64,000 nucleotides of DNA from an uncultured Pelagibacteraceae bacterium (lineage in GTDB: Bacteria > Pseudomonadota > Alphaproteobacteria > Pelagibacterales > Pelagibacteraceae). The notes below the pieces were generated by a model. The model made no database searches and had not been told where the DNA came from. It saw only the letters and a list, made by a program, of their open reading frames with translations. Location of the stretch: positions 3,563 to 67,562 of the forward strand of contig CACFNH010000004.1 in the NCBI GenBank assembly GCA_902567685.1. The letters are read 5' to 3'. The first letter of the stretch is position 1, and each line of letters starts with the position of its first letter. Positions 50,748-61,184 of the stretch are shown piece after piece. The translations under genes and the position numbers were made by a program.

Positions 50748-53057
50748 ATGCTTATTCGTTTAATTAGTCTAGTAATATTATTTGTTATAATGAGTTTTCC
50801 TGCAACTATTAATGCAGAAGATTCTCTCTTTGTTTACCCTAAGAAAAAGCCGTCTGTTTTTAAAAAAATAAACAAAAAAATACTTCCTGTTAAAAAACCA
50901 ATCTCTAAACAAAAGAGTATTAAAATGGGTCAAAGTTTTCTTTTACCAAAAAACAAACCTATAAATGAAGAGAAAAAAAATATTGTTGAAAAACCAAAAA
51001 ATATTAAAAAAGAAATAAAAATTGTCGATGAAGAAAAAAAATTAACAAAGAAAATAATTAATAATGAATTTTTATTTCCTAAAAAAAAACCTAAAACTTA
51101 TAAATCTAGTTTAAAAGAGTCAAAAAAATCATCTATCTTATCAAAAAAAGATTTTGAAAAAGCAAAAGAAGTATTAAAACTTGTTAAAGCAAAAAAATGG
51201 AATACTGCTTTAAAAACTTCTAAACGAGTTAAAGATAAAGAATTTAAGAATCTTATAACTTGGATGTATTTAAAACAACGAGGTAATCAGGCAACCTTTG
51301 CAGATTATAAAATCTTTATCACAAAAAATAAAGATTATCCTAGATTGAATAGATTAAGATACCTAGCAGAACATAAAATTATTTTAAAAAATACTACGCC
51401 TGGCGCAATTATTAATTGGTTTGAAAAGGAATATAAAGATTTAGGAATCGAGGAACCTTTAAGTGGAATGGGAAAAATTAAATTGGGTGAGTCCTATAAT
51501 CTTATTGGTCAAAACGAAAAAGCTAAAAAATTAATTAAAGATGGTTGGGTAAATGCTGAAATGTCTAAAAGTGAACTAAGATATTATAGAAAAAAATTTA
51601 AAAAGATTTTAGATTCAAAAGATCATATTGGAAGAGCAGACTACCTTGCTTGGAATAAAAAATATTGGGATTTAAAAAGAATGTTAAGATATTTACCCAA
51701 AGATGAAAAAGCTCTTTATAATGCTAGACAAATACTAATGAGTAATTCTTACGGAGTTGACAAAGCTATCTCTAATGTTCCTGCGAGTCTTAAAAAAGAT
51801 ACTGGTTTAGAATACGATAGATTAAAATGGAGAAATAGAAGAGGAAGAACTGATGCTTCTTTGGAAATTTTATATGCTAATTCAGAAAAAACAGAAGAGG
51901 AACTTGTTCGTCCAGACTTATGGTGGAAGCAAAGGGAAAGCATTGTAAGAAGTCTTATATACAAAAAAAGATATAAACTTGCTTATAAAATTGCTAGTGA
52001 ACATTCTTTAAGTTACGGCCCGGAGTTTGCTGAAGCAGAATGGTTGTCTGGCTGGATCTCTCTTTCTTTTCTGGACTCTCCAGAATATTCAATTACACAT
52101 TTTGAGAATTTTTATAACAATGTAGGTTACCCAATAAGTTTAGCAAGAGGTGCTTATTGGTTAGGAAGATCATATAAGGCATTAGGAGATAAAAAAAATG
52201 CAAAAAAATATTTTGAAGAAGGATCTATTTTTCTCACAACATACTATGGACAATTATCATTTAATGAAATTAATTATGGAGGAGAGTTTACTTTAGAAGA
52301 TCAATCTCAATATTCAAAAGAATATGAAAAAGAATTTAATAAAAACAAATTAATAAAACATGTTATTTTGTTAAAAGAATTAGACAGAACTCAATACAGC
52401 AAAGATATAATAAAACATCTAGCATTATTAAATGTTGAAGAAGGTAGTGAAGTTTTAGCTGCAAAATTGGCTACTGAAATAGGAAGATATGATTTTGCTA
52501 TTCAAATATCAAAACAAGCTTCATATGAAAAAAGATTCTATAATCAATTTAATTATCCAATAATTACGGTACCAAGAATGATTAATAAAAAAGCAATGCC
52601 TGAACCAGAATTGATACATGCAATAATTAGACAGGAAAGTGAATTTGATGCTAAAGCAAATAGCTGGGCTGGTGCTAGAGGTATGATGCAACTAATGAAA
52701 TACACAGCAAAAATTGTAGCCAAACAAGCAAAGTTGCCTTATAGCATTAGTAGATTGACTAAAGATCCTGAATACAACATTAAATTAGGTTCTTACTATT
52801 TTAATTCACTTCTAGAACAATATAATGGTGTCTTTCCATTTGCGATAGCTGCATATAATGCTGGACCTAATAGAGTCAAAACTTGGAGAAGAGTGAATGG
52901 AGATCCAACTAAAAAGCAAATAAATTATATAGACTGGATAGAATTAATACGATTTGAAGAGACAAGAAATTACGTTCAAAGAGTTTTAGAAAACGTGAAT
53001 GTCTACAAATTTATGATAAGGCAAAAGCCAGTAAAGATTAATGGATTTTTTCAATAA
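50748..53057 (+). CDS. Soluble lytic murein transglycosylase (Slt70-like)
   Basis: RQES, GARGMMQLM, AYNAG, ETRNYV; signal peptide from ATG 50748. Confidence 0.9.
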   Translation: MLIRLISLVILFVIMSFPATINAEDSLFVYPKKKPSVFKKINKKILPVKKPISKQKSIKMGQSFLLPKNKPINEEKKNIVEKPKNIKKEIKIVDEEKKLTKKIINNEFLFPKKKPKTYKSSLKESKKSSILSKKDFEKAKEVLKLVKAKKWNTALKTSKRVKDKEFKNLITWMYLKQRGNQATFADYKIFITKNKDYPRLNRLRYLAEHKIILKNTTPGAIINWFEKEYKDLGIEEPLSGMGKIKLGESYNLIGQNEKAKKLIKDGWVNAEMSKSELRYYRKKFKKILDSKDHIGRADYLAWNKKYWDLKRMLRYLPKDEKALYNARQILMSNSYGVDKAISNVPASLKKDTGLEYDRLKWRNRRGRTDASLEILYANSEKTEEELVRPDLWWKQRESIVRSLIYKKRYKLAYKIASEHSLSYGPEFAEAEWLSGWISLSFLDSPEYSITHFENFYNNVGYPISLARGAYWLGRSYKALGDKKNAKKYFEEGSIFLTTYYGQLSFNEINYGGEFTLEDQSQYSKEYEKEFNKNKLIKHVILLKELDRTQYSKDIIKHLALLNVEEGSEVLAAKLATEIGRYDFAIQISKQASYEKRFYNQFNYPIITVPRMINKKAMPEPELIHAIIRQESEFDAKANSWAGARGMMQLMKYTAKIVAKQAKLPYSISRLTKDPEYNIKLGSYYFNSLLEQYNGVFPFAIAAYNAGPNRVKTWRRVNGDPTKKQINYIDWIELIRFEETRNYVQRVLENVNVYKFMIRQKPVKINGFFQ

Positions 53058-53062
53058 ACTAA

Positions 53063-53155
53063 TGGCGGAGACGATCCGATTTGAACGGATGGTACACATT
53101 GCTGCGTACGACGAGTTAGCAACCCGTTGGTTTAAACCAGCTCACCCACGTCTCC
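53063..53155 (-). tRNA. tRNA-Ser(GCU)
   Basis: GGAGACG acceptor stem, anticodon loop TTGCTAA, long variable arm, GTTCAAATC, encoded CCA. Confidence 0.95.
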
Positions 53156-53231
53156 ACTAGATTATTAAGTGTATTTATATTTAATTTTTCAATATATTTC
53201 ACTAAAAATTTAACTCTAACAATTTGATCGG

Positions 53232-54107
53232 TTGATGAAAAAAAATTATTTAATAGGTTCAATTTCTACTATTTCAGCCTCATTATTATGGGGTGTAGTT
53301 GGAGTTTTTTATTTTAAATTTGTATCATTTGCTAATCCAATTGAACTTGTAATACACAGAACGGTTTGGACAGCATTTCTCCTGATAATTACAACTACAT
53401 TTTATTCAAAGTGGGATCAATTTTTTTCAATAATAAAAATTGGAAGGAATGCTATTTTACTATTTATTACAGGTTGTTTGGTAGCAATAAACTGGCTTAC
53501 ATGGATTTATGCTGTTGCCACCGAACGACTTTTAGATTCAAGCTTTGGGTATTATATTTACCCAATACTAAGTGTCTTTTTTGGAATTGTTTTTTTAAAG
53601 GAAAAATATAACAAAAATAAGATTATATCGATCATACTCGTTTTTATTTCAACTTCATATCTGATGATTTATTATAAAACTTTGCCTTGGATAGGTTTAA
53701 CTGTAGCAGTTAGTTTTAGTATATATTCTCTAATAAGAAAAAAAATAAATGTTAGCACTGATATTGGTCTATTAATTGAGACTTTGTTTTTAACTCCGCT
53801 AGCAATAATTACCTTTTTGTACTTAAATAAAAAAGGTCTTAATGTTTTTTCAATAAACGAGCCTCTTTTATCTTTTTATCTATTTTGGGCAGGATTAATG
53901 ACATTAGCTCCTCTCTTTTTATATATTAAAGGCTTTGAACTTATAGGAATTGGGCCAGCAAGTATGATGTTTTTTATTACACCTACAGCTCAATTCATTA
54001 TCGGAGTTCTTTATTTTGGAGAGTTTCTAGATATACATAAAGTTATAAGTTTTATAATTATATGGATAGCTGTGATTGTTTATCTAAATGAATTACGAAA
54101 AGAATAA
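53232..54107 (+). CDS. rarD: RarD (EamA/DMT) transporter
   Basis: HRTVW, NWLTWIYAV, GYYIYP, YSLIRK, ETL. Confidence 0.88.
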   Translation: MMKKNYLIGSISTISASLLWGVVGVFYFKFVSFANPIELVIHRTVWTAFLLIITTTFYSKWDQFFSIIKIGRNAILLFITGCLVAINWLTWIYAVATERLLDSSFGYYIYPILSVFFGIVFLKEKYNKNKIISIILVFISTSYLMIYYKTLPWIGLTVAVSFSIYSLIRKKINVSTDIGLLIETLFLTPLAIITFLYLNKKGLNVFSINEPLLSFYLFWAGLMTLAPLFLYIKGFELIGIGPASMMFFITPTAQFIIGVLYFGEFLDIHKVISFIIIWIAVIVYLNELRKE

Positions 54108-55531
54108 GAAATTATAATTATTAAGGGTACCAACAATGAAGTCAAAAAAGAAAAAAAAAGTAAATTATTTGAAATAATTGTATGAAAAAAATCTTTAGAT
54201 ATTAATTTTCCAACTAAAATGCTGTTTTCAAAATTTTGATTTGGAAAAAAAAGCAAACCAATAAACAATCCTGACAATATAGAATATTTTGCTGATTTGG
54301 GGTTAGTTTTTTTAACAAAGAAAGCATGAAATATTGTTACCACTGCAGCGCAACAGAATAAATCAGCTAATAAAAATAAATATAAAATACTAAAACCTTT
54401 AGATGCTAATAGAAAAACAATAGTGCAAAGAAATAAAATTAAGAGATTGGTTTTATTTTTTATTTCTTTGCCAGTCAAAGATTTATTTATTTCATTTCCA
54501 TTAACTATAATTAAACTAGCAATGGCATTGATCAATGTATCAATTGTGCTTAATGTAAGTGACATTGCTAAAATTAATACTGCTATGACTACTAGTGAAT
54601 TTTTCTTGTTAAGCATTAATTCAAAAAAAGCTAAATCTGGTATTACTTTTGGATTTAATGAATAAGAAATTAATCCAGTATATCCCATCCAAAAAATAAT
54701 AAAGAAAATAACAATTGATGAGTGTATTAGGCTCGACTTCAAAATTGAATTACTTTTTGCAGAAAAAACTCTTTGCCAATTTCCTTGATGAAACAAATTA
54801 GTTGCAGCAACTGCTATAAAAAAAGTTAATCCAGAACTATAATTGGGTAAATATTTATTATCAAAAGCATTTGGAGAGTTTTGCTTAATCAGTTCATAGA
54901 TTGGTTGATTAATACCATCTAAAATTAAAAATACTGATAATACAATAATCAAAATAACAAAGATAAATTGATACTTGTCAGTAATAATAGAAAGTTTAAA
55001 CCCCCCTCTTAAAATATACCCCAAACAAATGATTAAAGTTATTCCAGAAGTTATCCATAAAGGTATTTCAGATATAAATTTTAATAAAAAAGCAATTGCT
55101 GTTACTTCAGCTATCAGAAATATTGTTAAATAGAATAGTATTAGGAATAAGCTTAGCTTAACTATTTCAGAACCAAATCTTTTTTTTATAAACTCGATTA
55201 ATGTTAATCCATGTGGAAATTCTTTTCTTATTTTTGGTCCAAAATTGTATAGAAACCACATTGGTGCTGCTGTACCAAGAGCATAACCAATTACAGCGCC
55301 TATTCCTCCCCAGGTAGCTGCAGAAGCTGGACCAAATAAAATCCAAGCTCCAAGTGCAGACGCGGTCAAACTTGATGTTAATGAAAAAGTATTTTCGTTT
55401 CTTTCTCCAACTATATAATTTTTATTGTTAATGATTTTTTTCGAATTTAAGTAGCCTAATGCTATAAAAAATAAACCTACTGTTACTGTAACTATTAATG
55501 ATATTTTTGGAGATAAGTATATTTCTTCCAT
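54080..55531 (-). CDS. thiV: Sodium:solute symporter, thiamine-precursor (HMP) transporter ThiV-like
   Basis: ASALGAWILFGP, FHQGNWQRV; TPP riboswitch directly upstream. Confidence 0.82.
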   Translation of the reverse strand: MEEIYLSPKISLIVTVTVGLFFIALGYLNSKKIINNKNYIVGERNENTFSLTSSLTASALGAWILFGPASAATWGGIGAVIGYALGTAAPMWFLYNFGPKIRKEFPHGLTLIEFIKKRFGSEIVKLSLFLILFYLTIFLIAEVTAIAFLLKFISEIPLWITSGITLIICLGYILRGGFKLSIITDKYQFIFVILIIVLSVFLILDGINQPIYELIKQNSPNAFDNKYLPNYSSGLTFFIAVAATNLFHQGNWQRVFSAKSNSILKSSLIHSSIVIFFIIFWMGYTGLISYSLNPKVIPDLAFFELMLNKKNSLVVIAVLILAMSLTLSTIDTLINAIASLIIVNGNEINKSLTGKEIKNKTNLLILFLCTIVFLLASKGFSILYLFLLADLFCCAAVVTIFHAFFVKKTNPKSAKYSILSGLFIGLLFFPNQNFENSILVGKLISKDFFHTIISNNLLFFSFLTSLLVPLIIIISYSFRNSFR

Positions 55532-55601
55532 AATTTCCTCACTGAATTACCGGTCAGGTTCTTCGGGTTTAATCTCAGTCTTATTGACACCCCGTTATTT
55601 C
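55530..55601 (-). ncRNA. TPP riboswitch (variant)
   Basis: Minus strand GGGGTG-TCAATAAGA-CTGAGA-TTAA-ACCC-GAAGAACCTGA-CCGGTAAT-TCAGTGAGGA, then the start codon. Confidence 0.85.
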
Positions 55602-55604
55602 TTT

Positions 55605-56885
55605 TTATATCTGAATTTTTGGTAAAAAGTCAAACGATGCTGTATCAATTTTTGATGAGTATTTTTTTCTCATTTTCCATGTATTATTAATTCCGGCTTG
55701 GGCTATACTAATAGCATTTCTCCCATATTTAGCATTCGTAAAATCTATTGCTTTCATTAATGTTTGAGATTTATTTTCCATAATTGGTGCCAACAAATTA
55801 AATTCTTTTTCGCTATTTTCATTTAATTTAGATAAAACAATTCCAGCTTTTTGGTAAAAATATCCGCATTTATATATCTTTTTTAGTCCATCTATCGCCT
55901 TTTTTACTAATTCCAAACTGTTGCTAGTAGAAATTGGCAAATCGATACTAATGGAATTTGAGTAATATTTTCTATTTTTATCGAAAGGACTTGTCCTAAT
56001 ATAAATAGTTATTGCTCTTGCTGTCTGGTTATCGTTTCTAATCTTTTCAGCTGCATTTAAGCAATGTGTTGTGATAGACTCTTTAAGTTTCTCTAAACTT
56101 GTAACTTTTTTTCCAAATGATCTTGAAACACAACAGCTTTTTCTTTTTGTTTCTTGTGTTTCTAAATTAATACAAGAGACTCCTCTAAGTTCCATTACTG
56201 TTTTAGCACCTAAAACATTTGTACTTTTCTTAACCCAACTATTAGATATATTTTTTAATTTGTAGGCTGTGTCTATACCGTTCTTTATATACAATTTAGA
56301 TAATTGTTTTCCAACTCCCCAAATATCTGAGATATGAAAATTTTTTAAACTTTCATCAATATTTTCTTTTAAGTAAGTAACTCCAGTTTTATTTTTTTTT
56401 GCTATATGATTAGCCACTTTACTTAAAGTTTTTGTATTAGAAATACCAACACTTGTTGGTATGCCTGTCCATTTTAGAATTCTTTTTCTTATTTCCTTTC
56501 CATAATTTTCTACTTCATTTTCTCCTATATGTGACAAATCGACAAATGCTTCATCTATTGAATAAATTTCAATTTTATCTGAAAAAGATTTTAGTGTTTT
56601 CATTACTCTTCTAGAAATATCCCCATACAATGCGTAATTAGAAGAGAAGATATAAACATTATTTCTTTTAACGAGTTCTTTGACTTTAAAATACGGTTCA
56701 CCCATTTTAATTCCAATTTTCTTTGCTTCTGTAGATCTTGAGATAACACATCCGTCATTATTAGAAAGAACTACAACAGGTTTATCATTTATCTTAGGAT
56801 TGAATAGTCTTTCACACGAAACATAAAATGAATTACAATCAATCAAAGCAACTTTATTTTTTTTACTATTGTTTGTGTATGACAT
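55605..56885 (-). CDS. umuC: Y-family DNA polymerase V subunit UmuC
   Basis: DCNSFYVSCER, LSNNDGC, SSNYALY, YSIDEAF, SRSFG, KAG. Confidence 0.93.
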   Translation of the reverse strand: MSYTNNSKKNKVALIDCNSFYVSCERLFNPKINDKPVVVLSNNDGCVISRSTEAKKIGIKMGEPYFKVKELVKRNNVYIFSSNYALYGDISRRVMKTLKSFSDKIEIYSIDEAFVDLSHIGENEVENYGKEIRKRILKWTGIPTSVGISNTKTLSKVANHIAKKNKTGVTYLKENIDESLKNFHISDIWGVGKQLSKLYIKNGIDTAYKLKNISNSWVKKSTNVLGAKTVMELRGVSCINLETQETKRKSCCVSRSFGKKVTSLEKLKESITTHCLNAAEKIRNDNQTARAITIYIRTSPFDKNRKYYSNSISIDLPISTSNSLELVKKAIDGLKKIYKCGYFYQKAGIVLSKLNENSEKEFNLLAPIMENKSQTLMKAIDFTNAKYGRNAISIAQAGINNTWKMRKKYSSKIDTASFDFLPKIQI

Positions 56886-57258
56886 ATGTTACTACTCCCC
56901 AAACCACTATTTCTGGATTTTCTGAAAGATTAATTTTATCTAATATATTTTTTGAACCTGAAGTAAGGTAACTAGTTCCTTTTCCTTTAATCAGTGTTTT
57001 TACCACAAGTTCTTCATTTATATTTACTATTACAGTTGAGAAATTTCTTGGATCCATGCTTTTATCTACTATTAATAAGTCTCCATCATAAATTCCAACA
57101 TTCATCATAGACTTGCCTTGTACTCTTATTATGAATGTTGCTGGAGCATTTGTTATAAGATGTGAATTTAAATCAATATCATCTTCGATATAGTCAGTTG
57201 CTGGAGATGGAAAACCTGCTCCTACTTTGTGTAAATAAAATGGTATTGTTAGTTTCAT
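56866..57258 (-). CDS. umuD: UmuD (S24 autopeptidase)
   Basis: AGFPSPA cleavage site, GKSM catalytic Ser, VK catalytic Lys; start taken at ATG 57258. Confidence 0.9.
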   Translation of the reverse strand: MKLTIPFYLHKVGAGFPSPATDYIEDDIDLNSHLITNAPATFIIRVQGKSMMNVGIYDGDLLIVDKSMDPRNFSTVIVNINEELVVKTLIKGKGTSYLTSGSKNILDKINLSENPEIVVWGVVTYVIHKQ

Positions 57259-57261
57259 AAT

Positions 57262-57276
57262 GTTCTTGTTTTGTTC
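57262..57276 (-). promoter_or_regulatory. Alphaproteobacterial LexA (SOS) box
   Basis: Exact GTTC-N7-GTTC (GTTC TTGTTTT GTTC) 3 bp before the umuD ATG, downstream of TTGACG (57306-57301) and a TATAAA-like -10. Confidence 0.85.
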
Positions 57277-57365
57277 TTTATAAGCTATAAAGCTACTTCT
57301 CGTCAAGTTGTTAATTGGGTCAATATGCGTTTAGATTTAATAAAAAAAAGAAAGTAAAAAGAATT

Positions 57366-58133
57366 ATGAAAAAAATTTTAGCAATAATTGCACTGTTGAT
57401 ACTGTCAGTTGAAGCAAATGCAGAGTCAAGATTAGAAACAATTAAAAAAAATGGTGAGCTAAGAGTTGGTACAACAGGAGACTTTGACCCAATGTCAATT
57501 AAAGATCCGGCTACAAATAAATATAAAGGATTTGATATTGATGTGATGAACGAGCTAGCTAAAGATTTGGGAGTAAAAGTAAAATTTGTTCCTGCAGAGT
57601 GGAAAACTATAGTAGCGGGAATAACAGCTAACAGATACGATATATCTACAAGCGTAACTAAAACTCCAAAAAGAGCGGAAGTAGCAGGATTTACAGAAAC
57701 TTATTTTAAATATGGAACTGTTCCATTAGTGCTTAAAAAAAATTTAAAGAAGTTTCCTACTTGGGACTCATTAAATAACAAGAAAGTAACAATAGCAACA
57801 ACATTAGGTACATCTCAGGAAGAAAAAGCAAAAGAATTTTTTCCAAAATCTAAACTTAAGTCTATCGAAGCTCCTGCTAGGGACTTTCAAGAAGTGTTAG
57901 CTGGAAGAGCAGACGGAAATATAACAAGTTCGCTTGAGGCGAATAAATTAGTTATAAAATATCCTCAATTAGCTATTGTACCAGATGGAGGAAAAAATCC
58001 TGCATTTCTAGCTATGATGGTTCCAAAAGGAGACAAAGTTTGGAACGACTACGTCAACAATTGGATCAAAAGAAAACAGGTTTCTGGTTTTTTCATGACT
58101 TTAGAAGCTAAATACAATTTTAAAAGTCTATAA
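57366..58133 (+). CDS. Amino-acid ABC substrate-binding protein (SBP_bac_3; cyclohexadienyl dehydratase-related, SAR11_1068-like)
   Basis: Signal peptide, [18 protein letters not shown]; start taken at ATG 57366. Confidence 0.85.
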   Translation: MKKILAIIALLILSVEANAESRLETIKKNGELRVGTTGDFDPMSIKDPATNKYKGFDIDVMNELAKDLGVKVKFVPAEWKTIVAGITANRYDISTSVTKTPKRAEVAGFTETYFKYGTVPLVLKKNLKKFPTWDSLNNKKVTIATTLGTSQEEKAKEFFPKSKLKSIEAPARDFQEVLAGRADGNITSSLEANKLVIKYPQLAIVPDGGKNPAFLAMMVPKGDKVWNDYVNNWIKRKQVSGFFMTLEAKYNFKSL

Positions 58134-58174
58134 TTTAAGTTTAAATACCATTCATTAACAAATATAGTCTGAGA

Positions 58175-58909
58175 GTGAAGTTTTTAAAATTAATTACTTT
58201 GTTTTTATTTCTGCAAGGATGCAGTTCAAATTATGAATGGGGCTGGTATATCTTAAGCCCAAATAATGTTGAAGGGCTAACCAATCTTAAATTTTTGATA
58301 AGTGGAATAACCACAACAATTTATATTTCTGTAGTTTCAATTATTCTAGCGATGATTATTGGTTTAATCGTAGCTCTGCCCTCACTTTCAAATAATAGAT
58401 TTTTAAGTTACTTTAATATTACTTATGTAGAAATTGTACGAGCTATTCCTTTGTTAGTTTTAATACTTTGGATTTATTATGGCTTACCAATAATGTTAGG
58501 TATCAGTTTCTCTCCTTTTGTTTCAGGAATAATTGCCCTAACAATTAGTGAAAGCGCTTTTCAAGCTGAAATTTTTAGAGCTGGGATTAATTCGATAAGC
58601 AAAGGTCAGCACGAAGTGTCTGTATCATTAGGGATGGATTTTTGGAAAAAGATGAGATTCGTAATTCTTCCTCAAGCTATTAAAGTTGTTTTGCCAGCTT
58701 TAGGGAATCAGTTTGTTTATGTGCTAAAAATGTCTTCTTTGGTATCAATAATTGGAATAGCCGATTTAACAAGAAAAGCAAATGAACTTGTCACTACTAC
58801 TTACAGACCCCTAGAAATTTATACTTTTTTAATTTTGGAGTATTTAATCTTAATTTTGGTTGTTTCTTATTTTGTGAGAAAATTAGAAAATAAATTAAAA
58901 TACAAATAA
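58175..58909 (+). CDS. Amino-acid ABC transporter permease
   Basis: RAIPLLV, AEIFRAGI, ILPQA, LKMSSL. Confidence 0.9.
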   Translation: MKFLKLITLFLFLQGCSSNYEWGWYILSPNNVEGLTNLKFLISGITTTIYISVVSIILAMIIGLIVALPSLSNNRFLSYFNITYVEIVRAIPLLVLILWIYYGLPIMLGISFSPFVSGIIALTISESAFQAEIFRAGINSISKGQHEVSVSLGMDFWKKMRFVILPQAIKVVLPALGNQFVYVLKMSSLVSIIGIADLTRKANELVTTTYRPLEIYTFLILEYLILILVVSYFVRKLENKLKYK

Positions 58910-60268
58910 TTTTTTAAATTTTGTTTTAAAAATTTTTTTTAAGAAAAAAACAATAAAAATTAAAACTATAATTCCCATTCCCCAGTTTGTTACTAATATT
59001 GTGTAAAAAATATCTTGATAGTCTCCTTTTTTAATATTAATCACAAACCAAAGAGATAGAAATGGAAGCAATGTCAGTCGTAAGATGGTCATATAAAGAC
59101 TATAAAGCGGTCTCTTCAAAGCTTGAAATAATGCGGAAGTGATAAAAAAAACAGGATAAATTGGACCAATTATTGCTGCAATTTTTAAATACATTGAACC
59201 ATAACTTATAACAACTGCATCATTGGTAAAAAAAGCAATTATTATATCAGAGGTTAAATAGATAAATATTCCAGCTCCAATCATAAAAGAAAAACCAAAT
59301 AACAGTGCCTTAAAATAAAGTTCTTTTATTCGACTATATATTTTTGCTCCATAATTTTGAGCTCCTATAGATAACACAGCAGTATTTAGTCCTATAACTG
59401 GAAGAAGCAAAACTTGTTCAATTCTTACAGCAGTACCATATCCTGCGGTAGCAATTTCTCCAAATTGACCTACAAAATAAAATAAATTAAAAACTCCCAC
59501 CATAATTAAAAGCATAGTGAACATGATAGGAACTGATTGAAAATATAATTGTTTTAAAAGATCTAGTTTAGGAATAAAGCATTTAATAAACAGATATTCT
59601 TTTAATTTGCAACAATAAACCTTATACGCCAAATATATAGTTCCTACTGACTGTGAAATAAGAGTAGCAATAGCTAATCCTGAAATACCAAAAGCTGGAA
59701 TAAATCCATATCCAAAAATAAATAATGGATTTAAAAAAATATTTAAGAAAAATGAAAAGATTAATACATTTCTATAACTCTTTGTGTCACCTTGAGCATA
59801 AAGAGTTCCATTCAAAGATAATTGTACTAAAACAATTATGGAACCATAAAATATAATGTCCAAATATTTTTGAGTTAGAATAATGCTAGCTGAATCAGAT
59901 CCCATAATTTTAAGGAGGATTTCTGAAAAATTAAGTCCTAAAAAAGTTACAAGAATTGATAAAACTACAGCGAACGTAATTGATTGGGCTGCAAACAATG
60001 ACGCTTTTCTGTCCTCTTTAGCTCCTATTGAGTTTCCTATTAAAGCGCTTGTTCCAGCTTGAACACCAACTGCTATAGCTATGGCAATAAAATAAATTGG
60101 CCAAGATTTAGCAATAGCTGCCAGTGCTTCGGGAGATATTTTTCCTGCAAAAAAAGTATCAACCAAATTATAGAAAGTTTGAAATAGTGATCCTGTACTT
60201 GCAGGAATTGTAACCTTTACAAGTAATGGCCAGATTCTATCTTTCGTTAAATTTAATGATTTAGACAA
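58895..60268 (-). CDS. MATE family efflux transporter (probable TTG start 60268 after GAGG)
   Basis: YNLVDTFFAG, NIFLNPLFIFG, GLAIAT, AQNYGA. Confidence 0.88.
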   Translation of the reverse strand: MSKSLNLTKDRIWPLLVKVTIPASTGSLFQTFYNLVDTFFAGKISPEALAAIAKSWPIYFIAIAIAVGVQAGTSALIGNSIGAKEDRKASLFAAQSITFAVVLSILVTFLGLNFSEILLKIMGSDSASIILTQKYLDIIFYGSIIVLVQLSLNGTLYAQGDTKSYRNVLIFSFFLNIFLNPLFIFGYGFIPAFGISGLAIATLISQSVGTIYLAYKVYCCKLKEYLFIKCFIPKLDLLKQLYFQSVPIMFTMLLIMVGVFNLFYFVGQFGEIATAGYGTAVRIEQVLLLPVIGLNTAVLSIGAQNYGAKIYSRIKELYFKALLFGFSFMIGAGIFIYLTSDIIIAFFTNDAVVISYGSMYLKIAAIIGPIYPVFFITSALFQALKRPLYSLYMTILRLTLLPFLSLWFVINIKKGDYQDIFYTILVTNWGMGIIVLIFIVFFLKKIFKTKFKKLFVF

Positions 60269-60275
60269 TTTTACC

Positions 60276-61184
60276 TCAGTTATATTCTTTTTGGAATATA
60301 TGCTTTGTTCCGAATTTTTTAGCAAGGTTTATTTGTCTTTGACGCATTCGAAATCTAGATTTTTGTGATTTTGTAAGACTATCGTGACAATTTGGACAAG
60401 ACACTCCCTCCTCATATTTGTATGACTTTTTGTCTTTAATAGATACTGGGGTCCTGCAACCACTGCACATTAAATATGTTCCTTGTTTAAGATTGTGCTT
60501 AACTGAAACACGATTATCAAAGACATAGCATTCACCTTTCCATAAACTATCTTCCTTTTTAATATTCTTTAAATAATTTAGTATGCCTCCTTTAAGTTGA
60601 TAAACATTTTTAAAACCTTTGCTTTTCAAATAAACAGATGCTTTTTCACATCTTATTCCTCCAGTACAAAACATGGCTATAGATTTTTTTTTATTTATTT
60701 TTTTAAAGTATTTTGGAAAATCTCTAAAATTTTGTATGTTAGGATTTATAGCATTTTTAAATGTTCCAACTTTATATTCAAAAGGTTTTCTTGAATCTAT
60801 TAAAACTGTATTTTTATTTTGGATTAATCTATTCCAAGATTTATTAGAAAGATAATTACTTTTGTTTTTATTTTTTTTATTAATTTTAACACCCAATGGA
60901 ACAACTTCTTTTTTTATTTTAATTTTTCCTCTATGAAAAGGTTGAAATCGACTAGATGACAAACTTTTACTATCAAAATTAAAAAATTTAAACTTTTTTT
61001 TTAATAATGACTCAATAAATAAAATATTATTTTTTTTACCTGATATAGTTCCATTTATTCCTTCAGGTGATAAAATTATTGTTCCTCGAACGTTATGCTT
61101 TAAAAGTTCTTTTTGAAAAAATATCTTCATTTTCTTTAGAGAAGAGATTTCTTTAAATTTATAGAATCCAAAAACTAAAAACAT
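60276..61184 (-). CDS. trhO: Oxygen-dependent tRNA uridine(34) hydroxylase (UPF0176, rhodanese domain)
   Basis: EGINGTISG, KKEVV, FCTGGIRCEK, GGILNY, CYVFDNR; start taken at ATG 61184. Confidence 0.88.
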   Translation of the reverse strand: MFLVFGFYKFKEISSLKKMKIFFQKELLKHNVRGTIILSPEGINGTISGKKNNILFIESLLKKKFKFFNFDSKSLSSSRFQPFHRGKIKIKKEVVPLGVKINKKNKNKSNYLSNKSWNRLIQNKNTVLIDSRKPFEYKVGTFKNAINPNIQNFRDFPKYFKKINKKKSIAMFCTGGIRCEKASVYLKSKGFKNVYQLKGGILNYLKNIKKEDSLWKGECYVFDNRVSVKHNLKQGTYLMCSGCRTPVSIKDKKSYKYEEGVSCPNCHDSLTKSQKSRFRMRQRQINLAKKFGTKHIFQKEYN

